From positions 32,001-96,000 of the forward strand of contig CBDCLE010000002.1 in the NCBI GenBank assembly GCA_965218585.1: DNA of 64,000 bases, read 5' to 3'. Positions 41,849-51,351 of the stretch are shown here, piece after piece. The position numbers and the translations under genes are program-made. The notes under the pieces were generated by a model. It was not told where the DNA came from. It worked only from the letters and a program-made list of their open reading frames with translations, and did not search any database. Positions within the stretch are counted from its first letter, which is position 1. Each line of letters begins with the position of its first letter. This stretch comes from Terriglobia bacterium (lineage in GTDB: Bacteria > Acidobacteriota > Terriglobia > 20CM-2-55-15).

Positions 41849-42494
41849 TATGGTAGTCCTGAGCTAGCTTTCCGACTGATTCGCCCAGCCGATGCCGGTC
41901 TGCGATAACGGACACGAGCACACCGCTCTGTTTAACGCTTGGGCGACCCGATGAAACATTCGGATTCATTACGACGACGGTTTCTTCAATCAGCGGAGGA
42001 TAGAACCTCGACGGTATATTCGATGGGTCGAGGTCAATCCTCTGAAGATACTTCTGAAACATCGGAAGAAGTCTTTGACCCTGATTCTTGACGCTTGCAC
42101 TCACGTACTCTCCGTGCACGTCATCCGCGATTGCTTGGACATAGACTCTGCCACTGCCCAAATAGAATCTTCGATCTATCAGAGGGCGAGAACTTCCAAG
42201 TTGCTCGCTCACGTAATCAATGACGGAGCGCATGTGCTGGATCGATACATTGCCCTTTGCTCGTGCGAAATCTAGTACGTAGAGTTCGACCAAATTGAAA
42301 AAAGACAAAAAATGGGAGTTGTCCACCTGGATGAGCGGGCCGTATTGGTCACCTCGACCGAAGGCCCAGTAACGAACCGTGGATACAGGAATTCCAAGGT
42401 ACCGGGAGGCCTCTTGTGCCGTGTATGTGGGCGTATTTCTTCGATCTATCGTTCTCATCACCAGAGAATGTACAACTGAAAGTTGCATGGACAC
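41796..42494 (-). CDS. HTH + DUF433 antitoxin (VapB45/Rv2018-like)
   Basis: YTAQEASRYLGIPVSTVRYW, LSFFNLVE, NPNVSSGRP..GESVGKLAQDY..IETAIRF. Confidence 0.85.
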   Translation of the reverse strand: MSMQLSVVHSLVMRTIDRRNTPTYTAQEASRYLGIPVSTVRYWAFGRGDQYGPLIQVDNSHFLSFFNLVELYVLDFARAKGNVSIQHMRSVIDYVSEQLGSSRPLIDRRFYLGSGRVYVQAIADDVHGEYVSASVKNQGQRLLPMFQKYLQRIDLDPSNIPSRFYPPLIEETVVVMNPNVSSGRPSVKQSGVLVSVIADRHRLGESVGKLAQDYHIGSNDIETAIRFASIAS

Positions 42495-42676
42495 ACCTCT
42501 CTGCTATACTCAGGAAATAGCAGAGAGGATGCACCGCCATGCACCTCGGAGTTGCCCTCAGTTCCTAATCTACAGACAAGTTCAATACACCACGGAACCT
42601 GAACAGAACGGGTCCGCGCCTGCAATCTACAGGAGAAATAATATTCCGAAAAGAAAATAAGCCATCCACGAAATCG

Positions 42677-42705
42677 TTGACTATTCTTACACGTGTAAGT
42701 ATAAT
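42677..42705 (+). promoter_or_regulatory. Transposase promoter with a palindromic operator
   Basis: TTGACT -17 bp- TATAAT; the spacer contains the perfect palindrome CTTACACGTGTAAG (42686-42699). Confidence 0.8.
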
Positions 42706-42712
42706 GGCTAAT

Positions 42713-43540
42713 ATGAATCGGCTGAGTAAGGATCGCCAAAGACAGGTTGTCGCTGCCCTGGTTGAAGGGAACGGCCTTCGAGCGACTGCACGGATGACGG
42801 GCGTGGCACGAATGACCGTCGAAAAGCTCTTGAAGGATTTAGGTGCTGCGTGTACCAATCTCCAAGACGAATCCTTTCGCAACCTCGCCTGCAAACGCAT
42901 CCAAGTTGATGAAATCTGGGCGTTCTGCTACGCAAAGGAAAAGAACGTTCCATCCGACAGGAAAGGACAGTTCGGGTACGGGGATGTTTGGACGTGGGTC
43001 GCGATTGACGCCGACACCAAGTTAATTCCTTCCTGGTTGATCGGGCGGCGGGACGCGATCTGCGCCAGTGAGTTCCTGGCTGATCTGGCTGGGCGGCTGG
43101 CCAACCGCGTCCAATTGACCTCTGACGGTCACAAGGCCTACCTAGTGGGCGTAGAGGCTGCGTTTGGCGGCGAAGTCGATTACAGCCAGCTTGTGAAGCT
43201 CTACGGCAAGCCTTACGATGAACACCGCTACAGCCCACCGCAGTGCGTCGGTATCGCGATGAATCCGGTCGTTGGCGATCCAGATCCGGGACACGTTTCG
43301 ACCAGCTATGTTGAACGTCAGAATCTCACGATGCGGATGCACATGCGCCGGTTCACTAGGCTGACCAATGGACACTCGAAGAAAATCGAGAATCACGCAC
43401 TCGCTGTTGCGCTCCACTTCGCCTACTACAATTTTGTGAAGATTCATCAAAGCTTGAAGGTTACTCCAGCGATGGCCGCAGGCGTCACGGATCGACTGTG
43501 GGAGATCGAAGACCTGCTAAGGCTGATTGATTCAAACTAG
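42713..43540 (+). CDS. IS1-family DDE transposase
   Basis: N-terminal HTH (LVEGNGLRATARMTGV), QVDEIW, LTSDG, TSYVERQNLTMR, RRFTRLTN, TPAMAAG. The stop lies inside the right IR. Confidence 0.92.
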   Translation: MNRLSKDRQRQVVAALVEGNGLRATARMTGVARMTVEKLLKDLGAACTNLQDESFRNLACKRIQVDEIWAFCYAKEKNVPSDRKGQFGYGDVWTWVAIDADTKLIPSWLIGRRDAICASEFLADLAGRLANRVQLTSDGHKAYLVGVEAAFGGEVDYSQLVKLYGKPYDEHRYSPPQCVGIAMNPVVGDPDPGHVSTSYVERQNLTMRMHMRRFTRLTNGHSKKIENHALAVALHFAYYNFVKIHQSLKVTPAMAAGVTDRLWEIEDLLRLIDSN

Positions 43541-43661
43541 ACCAGTACCAGAAATTCTATCACGCTGCCGAGAACAGCTTCTGGCGTTATAATCGGGACA
43601 ACAAAGCGACTACTACAGGATCTAGCCGTCTGAAGAAGTATAGAACCGGGAGGTAGAGTCC

Positions 43662-44342
43662 ATGAAACGTACAGCCATCTTTGTTGCAGCACTGGTCCTG
43701 CTAGCAGCCTTACCTGCCGGCCTCGACGCACAGCAGGCCGGGTTCAGGGTCGGCATCGGCACCCGAATCGGAGTGGCACAGGCACCTTACGGAATAGGCG
43801 GGCCTATCTTCGTTGGACCGAATATGGTGGGCCGCACTCTGCCCGGAATCGGCGGATCTGTCGTGGTCGGAAACAGAGGCCGTTTCGCTCAACCACCCGC
43901 TTATGGCTTGCAGCGCGGTCGAGGGATTCGTCCAAGGCCTGGGATTAATCGACGAGGGTCGTTTGTTTTCGTGGGACCGCCTGCCGTCAAGATCGGGCCC
44001 GGTCACCAGCCTTTCACACCTACTCATCCGGTGGCGACCCCCGGAGTCACCGTCATCACACCGGGAGGAAATATCGTCTCAACGGGCACGCGCCCGAGAG
44101 GTGGGGTTAACCTAAGGCCTGGAACCCGGATCGTCCAGCAAGGAATCGGGCCCGCTATCGCAGTCAGAACCAATGACCCTTATTCCGGCATCCGGAACGT
44201 CGGCCGGGGGACACCGCGCCACGAAGTCATCACCCGTTTCGGCAGACCGAAAGTACAGATCCTGAACCGGGATTCGGAAACACTGATCTTCGGTGGGACC
44301 ACGGTTATCATTCAGAATGGCGTCGTGGCCCTCGTTCGCTGA
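43662..44342 (+). CDS. Secreted Gly/Pro-rich hypothetical protein
   Basis: RBS GGAGG, signal peptide, low complexity, C-terminal GTPRHEVITRFGRP (SmpA-like). Confidence 0.7.
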   Translation: MKRTAIFVAALVLLAALPAGLDAQQAGFRVGIGTRIGVAQAPYGIGGPIFVGPNMVGRTLPGIGGSVVVGNRGRFAQPPAYGLQRGRGIRPRPGINRRGSFVFVGPPAVKIGPGHQPFTPTHPVATPGVTVITPGGNIVSTGTRPRGGVNLRPGTRIVQQGIGPAIAVRTNDPYSGIRNVGRGTPRHEVITRFGRPKVQILNRDSETLIFGGTTVIIQNGVVALVR

Positions 44343-45003
44343 AATTACTTCCTGTAAGCGGTGTCCGCGCCTGGTGACGCACCGGGAGTCCATCGCCAAA
44401 CGTAAGACACGCCGTTTCGAGGAGTGGGACTACTGGGGCCGTCCGGTACCGAGTTTTGGAGACCGCAAGGCACGGTTACTGGTGGTCGGCCTCGCACCGG
44501 CAGCTCATGGCGCCAATCGCACGGGCCGAATGTTCACAGGCGACAGGTCGGGCGACTGGCTCTACCGGGCGCTCCACAAAGCCGGTTTCGCCAACCAGCC
44601 GACATCCACAGACCGCAACGATGGACTCGAGCTCAACGACTGCCTGATCACGGCCGCCGCCCACTGCGCTCCGCCGGAGAACAAACCCACACCGAAAGAA
44701 CTCGCCGAATGCCAGCCGTACTTTCTGGATGAATTAAAGCGTCTGAAGAGATTAAGGGTCGTCGTTGGACTCGGGCAGGTGGGCTTCAACGCCTACCTGC
44801 GGACAAGAAAGGCTCTCGGAATGCCAAACCCGAAACCCGCTCCCAAGTTCGGTCATGCCAAGGTCGTTGACCTATCGGACGGCATCGCGCTGGTCGGGTC
44901 CTACCACCCCAGCCAACAGAACACGTTTACGGGCCGGCTAACGGAACCGATGCTGGACGAGGTTTTTGAACTGGCCAGAAAACTAATCGAGGCGTCGCTT
45001 TGA
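44317..45003 (+). CDS. Uracil-DNA glycosylase family 5 (UdgB-like)
   Basis: CKRCPRL, GLAPAAHGANRTGRMFTGD, HCAPP, YHPSQQN. The last codons are supplied by the IS21 end. Confidence 0.92.
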   Translation: MASWPSFAEITSCKRCPRLVTHRESIAKRKTRRFEEWDYWGRPVPSFGDRKARLLVVGLAPAAHGANRTGRMFTGDRSGDWLYRALHKAGFANQPTSTDRNDGLELNDCLITAAAHCAPPENKPTPKELAECQPYFLDELKRLKRLRVVVGLGQVGFNAYLRTRKALGMPNPKPAPKFGHAKVVDLSDGIALVGSYHPSQQNTFTGRLTEPMLDEVFELARKLIEASL

Positions 45004-45197
45004 CAACGTAAAAAGAGCCCACCCCGATCGAGTAAAAAGGACCCACCCCCCGGGTTAATGGTTTGTAAGTAAATCCGCCGTCGGGGTTGCGGGAAGTGTG
45101 GAAGCCGAAAGCTTCCAAGCCGCGGTGGTAACGCGCCGGCTTTGCAGCGGGTTTCCACGGTGGCGACACTTTCCACAGCCGCTCGCTCGCGTGTGTT

Positions 45198-45989
45198 TCA
45201 CGCGGAACCTTGGGCGGACCGGGGTTTCTTCTTCCGTTTGCCCGCGGCACCGAGACTCTCGGTGAAGCGGATACTTTCCCAATCGAACTGATGAATCGCG
45301 CAGTGATGGGTCAATCGGTCCAACAGGGCCGCGGTCAGGGCGGCATCGCCGAACACGCTGGTCCACTGCGCAAACGGCAGGTTCGACGTCACGATGAGGG
45401 AACCCTTTTCGTACCGGTCCGAGAAGACCTGAAACAGCAACTGGGCACCCTCGGCCGAGAACGGGATATAGCCGACCTCGTCGACGATGAGCAGCTCGAA
45501 GCGGGACAACTTCGCCAGTTGCCGCTTCAACTGTCGCTCCTCACGGGACTCGATCAGCGTATTGACCCGCCCCGCGGCCGTGGTGAACCCGACGCGGTAG
45601 CCCCTCCGGCAGGCTTCCACACCCCACACCGTCGCGGCGTGAGTCTTGCCGGTGCCGTGTTTGCCCAACAGCACGACGTTCTCGCACCGGGTGATGGTGT
45701 CGCACTCGGCATAGTCGCGCACCTGGACCGCATCCAGTGCCGGCCACTTGTTCAGGTCGGTCGTTTCCAGGGTTTTCAACCGTGGGAACCGGGCCGCGCG
45801 CAACCGGCGCTGGATCTGATTGGCTTGCCGCTGTTCCAACTCACGACTGGCCAGAGCCAGCAGAAAGCCGGGGTACCCCTCGCCGGCTTCCTTGGCCTGG
45901 CGGCCGTATTCCCGCCATTCCCGGACCATGGCCGGCAACCGGAGCTGCCGCAATGCGTCGTCCAGGACCACCTCCTGTCCCGGAGTCAT
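45198..45989 (-). CDS. istB: IS21 helper ATPase
   Basis: GKHGTGKTH, IVDEVGY, TSNLPF, ALLDRLTHH. Confidence 0.95.
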   Translation of the reverse strand: MTPGQEVVLDDALRQLRLPAMVREWREYGRQAKEAGEGYPGFLLALASRELEQRQANQIQRRLRAARFPRLKTLETTDLNKWPALDAVQVRDYAECDTITRCENVVLLGKHGTGKTHAATVWGVEACRRGYRVGFTTAAGRVNTLIESREERQLKRQLAKLSRFELLIVDEVGYIPFSAEGAQLLFQVFSDRYEKGSLIVTSNLPFAQWTSVFGDAALTAALLDRLTHHCAIHQFDWESIRFTESLGAAGKRKKKPRSAQGSA

Positions 45990-47515
45990 CGCACACCTCC
46001 AGCCAACAGGTCGTATCGATTCAGATCGGTTCCGGCAATCGCCCGGTCCGTGATCCCGGGCATCAGTCCGGACTCAAGCGGGGCATGGGATCGGGCGGGT
46101 GCGTCCTCCCGCATCAGAATGTGCCGCACCGCTTCCAGTTCGGCGCAGTGGGCATCGAGCGCATCCTGGACGGCGGCCGACACCCGGCCCAGATCCCAGT
46201 TCTGGTGGAGTTGCAGGATGCTGATGAACTCCCGGGTGCCCCGGCTGTACCCATGCCGGTCCCGCAACCGCTCCAGCACCGTCTCGTAATGGGCCGGCCA
46301 CTGGGGCCGCCACTGCCGGATCGGGCGGGCACTCTCAAACGAGGCCACCTTCCGCCGGATCAACTCCAGGTAGTGCAACGGATCGGTCCGCCAGTCGCTA
46401 TGACCGAAGGCGCGGGCATGTTCGGCCACCTTCTTCTGGTCCGCGTAAAAGCTCACCCGGTCACAGCCGATATGGGCCCAGAGCCGGCGTCCCACATACG
46501 CGGTCGGCACCGAGTAGCGGTTCGAATCCACCTGGGCGGTCTGGTACCGGCTGATCCGCACGCCCACCACCTTCGTGTTTTCGAATGGCGTCTCGGGCAG
46601 CGCCAACAGGCGCTCTTTCTCGACCGCGTGCCGTTCCCCGATCGTGCGGGTGTCGGACCGGCCGCCGATCCGGCGCTGCTCGTCGGTCGCGCAGCGTTCC
46701 AGCAGCTGCGCGTTCAGTTCCTCGAAGTCGGCCACCTCGGGAATCGGCACCAGGAAATTCCGGCGTGCGAAACCGACCAGGCCCTCGACACCACCTTTCT
46801 CCTGGCCCCGGGCCGGATTACAGAACCGCGCTTCAAAGGTGTAGTGGGCTCGTAACGCCGTGAACCGGTCCTGCTCGATCCGGGCCTTCCCCCTCAGAAT
46901 CCGCCTCACAGCTGTCTTCAGGTTATCGAAGACCACGGCCGGGAATACGCCGCCGTACCAGCCGAACGCCCGGATGTGACCGTCCAGGAACATCGCCTTC
47001 CGTTCCCGCGGATACGCCCGCACGAACGACTTGCCCGAGTACCGGCTCCGCATGCAGAACAGTTTGACCTGAACGTCTTCACCCTTCATCCGGACCCAGC
47101 CCGTCCCCCAGTCCACTTCCGCTTCCCGCGCCTGTTCCGGATCCAGCGGCACCACCGCCCCCGGCCGGTGCCAGCCCAAACGCATCTTCCGCTCCCGGAC
47201 CCATCGCCGCACCGTCGGCTCGGCTCCGGTGAACCCATGCTCATCGACCAGGCGCCGCCATACCCGGTGCGCCGTGTGCCGCTGCTTGACCGGCTGCTCC
47301 CGATCGGCCCGCAGCCAGCCCTCCACGATCCCGGCCACCGGGTCCATCACCGGACAGGCCGGCTCCTTCTCCCGCCGATACTTCGGCTCCTGGCCGGCCA
47401 ATACTTTCCGGACCGTCCGTCTCGTGTGCCCGGTCTCCCGGGCGATCTGTCGAATGCTTTTCTTGTAAACTCGATGTGCGGTCCTGACCATCTCGTACTG
47501 ATCCATCCCTAACAA
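45986..47515 (-). CDS. istA: IS21 transposase
   Basis: EAEVDWG, FDNLKTAV, CNPARGQEKGGVE, NRYSVP. Confidence 0.95.
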   Translation of the reverse strand: MLGMDQYEMVRTAHRVYKKSIRQIARETGHTRRTVRKVLAGQEPKYRREKEPACPVMDPVAGIVEGWLRADREQPVKQRHTAHRVWRRLVDEHGFTGAEPTVRRWVRERKMRLGWHRPGAVVPLDPEQAREAEVDWGTGWVRMKGEDVQVKLFCMRSRYSGKSFVRAYPRERKAMFLDGHIRAFGWYGGVFPAVVFDNLKTAVRRILRGKARIEQDRFTALRAHYTFEARFCNPARGQEKGGVEGLVGFARRNFLVPIPEVADFEELNAQLLERCATDEQRRIGGRSDTRTIGERHAVEKERLLALPETPFENTKVVGVRISRYQTAQVDSNRYSVPTAYVGRRLWAHIGCDRVSFYADQKKVAEHARAFGHSDWRTDPLHYLELIRRKVASFESARPIRQWRPQWPAHYETVLERLRDRHGYSRGTREFISILQLHQNWDLGRVSAAVQDALDAHCAELEAVRHILMREDAPARSHAPLESGLMPGITDRAIAGTDLNRYDLLAGGVR

Positions 47516-47797
47516 CTCCTTATCCTCCCTCCGCCATGCCGGTTCATCCAGGCACTCGCCGGGGGAGGCTATCAGGGTGGGTCCTTTTTCCTCGATCAGA
47601 ACCCCGTTTGGTGGGTCCTTTTTATGCTATCGAAATCAGAGGCGAAATAGAAAACAGAACACTCCCCCCTACGGGAGTGGTGGAGGCGTGCCCGGGACAA
47701 GGAACGCAAGCGAGGGCACCGGAAACGTATAGGTAGTACGTTGAGGATGCCCGAGCGCAGCGTGACGCCGGATCCGGGTGCGGATCCGCCACTCAGG

Positions 47798-47926
47798 CTA
47801 CCGCTCCCAGCGGACATTACACACCGCACACATCCACCAGCCCTTCTTCCAATGGGCCACCTCCGAGACGGTATGTTCGTTGCCACAACGGACGCACTTG
47901 GGTTTCTTGGGCTTGGATTCGACCAT
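47798..47926 (-). CDS. 42-aa zinc-ribbon microprotein
   Basis: RBS AGGAG; MVESKPKKPKCVRCGNEHTVSEVAHWKKGWWMCAVCNVRWER* (CxxC..CxxC). Too short for the ORF track. Confidence 0.6.
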   Translation of the reverse strand: MVESKPKKPKCVRCGNEHTVSEVAHWKKGWWMCAVCNVRWER

Positions 47927-48080
47927 GGAGTACTCCTGTTAGAAAAACGTCAAAGGATTCGAGTTAAGGAGACGGAAGTATAGTTCACAAGGCTGTCACC
48001 CACAAATAATCGCGTACGCCCTCAGCCTAGTCCAGGAGCGTTGGACTCGGCATGGCAGGCTATGACAGAATTGCCGGGTC

Positions 48081-48164
48081 GCCGGAGTGGCGGAATGGCA
48101 GACGCAGCAGACTCAAAATCTGCCGAGACTTAGTCTCGTGGGGGTTCAAGTCCCCCCTCCGGCA
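48081..48164 (+). tRNA. tRNA-Leu(CAA)
   Basis: Acceptor stem GCCGGAG/CTCCGGC plus A, anticodon arm GCAGA-CTCAAAA-TCTGC, long variable arm, T-loop GGTTCAAGTCC; CCA not encoded. Confidence 0.96.
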
Positions 48165-48172
48165 TATACGTT

Positions 48173-49321
48173 TCAAGCACTTGCAACCTGACCGACTTCT
48201 CGCTCCTTGCTAAATTCGGCCAACTTTGCCCGTACCGTGCCCGCACTTTGCCCGAGGTACTCGTCCACGGCGTCACCGGCGGCTCTAATATCATCCTCAT
48301 TGACGATGTTGTAACGGTCAAAAACCGACCGTGTCTTGTGACCCGAAATCGCCATCGCGACTCTCTCGGGAACACCGGCACGGACCACAGGTTGCGAACG
48401 CCACAACGCCGGAGATCGTGGAATAGAGCACCGCTGAGTCCAACCTTCTCGCAGGCCGCTTTTCCAAGCCGCACGGAAATCCCTAATCGGCCTTCCCGTG
48501 GAATGGCTGAAAAATACGTGTTTACAGAAAGGGAACGACTGATCCCGAAGCTGGCGCTGAGCTAAGAGTTCGTCGTGCAACTCCTGGCCCATCGGAACAA
48601 TTCGAGGACTGTCGTTCTTAGTTGTGTGAGGTTCGAGACGGATTACACGGGCGTTGAAGTCGACCTGGTCCCAAGTCAGACTCAAGACTTCTCCGTGACG
48701 CATGCCCGTTCGGTAGGCGAGACTGACAACCGGTTTCAGGCGGTCTGGAAGGACTTTCTGCAACCGGATGTATGTGAAGTGATCGAAGAAGCCCTTACGA
48801 ACGTTCTTCTCCGCAAGCATCGGAACGTGAGGCACAACAGTGACTTTGCCGTCCTTTTTCGCGATGTTGAACATACGCTTGAGCGCGGATAGCTCGCGAT
48901 TCAGCGTTGCGTTCGAGGGCGGCTAGTCGTGCTGAGTCTCTTCCGTTTGCCTAACTGCGACGTACTCCCGGATCCTATCGGTCGTGATCTGAACGGCCTT
49001 GAAGCCACCGAAGTGCTTCTCTAACCGCTTCACGTAGTCACGAACGTTCCGGATAGCCTTCTTCCGGTTGATCCGGTAGTCATTCAATAAACCCTCTGCC
49101 ATTTCATCGAACGTTGTTCTCTCTGGCGTCAGGTCTACGAATGTACCGCCAGCTACGGCGCCTTCCCGCTTCTTGAGTAACTCCACAGCATCGCGCTTCC
49201 TGTGCGACCCTGAGGATTCACGGTACGGCTTGCCGTTCCGGTAATACTTCACCCAGTACTTACTACTCTCTTGATAAACCCCGTCACTGTTCTTGTAGCG
49301 GGGCTTGTAGATAGAACCCAT
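48173..49321 (-). pseudogene. Tyrosine integrase, inactivated
   Basis: In-frame TAG at 48923-48925 before PSNATLNRELSAL; TGMRHGE; FHDLRR moved out of frame by compensating +1/+2 insertions; SGHKTRSVFDRY. It converges on the tRNA 3' end. Confidence 0.9.
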
Positions 49322-49361
49322 TCTTGTTTTTCACTTCCTTTCGATAGTGATTTGTAAGCAA

Positions 49362-49750
49362 CTACTTTCTAAGTGTATCTATCACTCGCCAGTTGGTGGT
49401 CCCTGGCAAGAGACATTCCCAGAACCGCCAACCATTGACGTTTTTTCCGGTGATTGCCACAGCAGCCGCAGATGGCGTCGGATATCTGTTTCCGTTCACC
49501 TCCATAGCCCCGTTTTTTGCCAGACCGGGTATACCAGTCGGCCCTTGTAAGTCACCCTGAACTCTGTCCCAGGAGGGAAAGAAACTCCTTTTACTGTCCA
49601 GGACAGCCCTGGCGCGTCGACTTTTGAACGGTCTGCTGGCCCAGGCAGCTCCAGTAGGCCTCGGATCACATCATTTTCGGTCATGCCCTCTGTATCCCGC
49701 CTGGCTGTGAGTGCCTTGAAAACCTCGAAATCAACGTCAATCAAAGCCAT
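49362..49750 (-). pseudogene. RAMA/DUF4357-like DNA-binding protein, frameshifted near 49530
   Basis: MALIDVDFEVFKALTARR..ENDVIRGLL..FPPGTEFR, then in another frame YPTPSAAAVAITGKNVNGWRFWEC..IDTLRK*. RBS AAGGAGG. Confidence 0.72.
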
Positions 49751-50090
49751 TATTATTCCTCCTTTTTTATTCGAGAAGGAATAGTAGTACAATTAGTTTC
49801 AGGGTCAAGCACACTTTTGTAGAGGTGAGACGCGGCAGATTCAACATCTAAGCTATTTCTTCTATCGCAGATTCTACTACCATCGCCTATCAGCTTTTCC
49901 TCCTTCACCACCGTGCTCAAGAATATAATCCCTGTGGGCACGCCACGGACACTGGAAACCGTGATGGCGATGCTCACGTTGTCCACAGAATATCGACCCG
50001 CAGGACGCCGGCCAATTCATAAGGAGATCTTCAGATTGAACCGCCCCGGGTTTTCCGGAGACTCCATTTCTTGAGAGGATGGGAGTCATC

Positions 50091-51320
<1,230 letters not shown>

Positions 51321-51351
51321 AACGGTCTCCGGGATTCCCGGGGTGGTTCAG

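Larger units (their letters stand above)
41014..43549 (+). mobile_element. Cargo-carrying IS1-family element (2536 bp)
   Basis: Perfect 20-bp IRs GGTACTGGTCTAGTTTGAAT / ATTCAAACTAGACCAGTACC; 8-bp TSD AGAAATTC (41006-41013, 43550-43557). Confidence 0.95.
44995..47638 (-). mobile_element. IS21-family insertion sequence
   Basis: Ends carry repeated AAAAGGACCCACC boxes; 6-bp TSD GAGGCG (44989-44994, 47639-47644). Confidence 0.9.

Noticed and set aside
49800-50036. Possible gene tail cut by IS3 (..CGSIFCGQREHRHHGFQCPWRAHRDY..)
   Set aside because: Too short and no recognisable family, so not reported as a feature.
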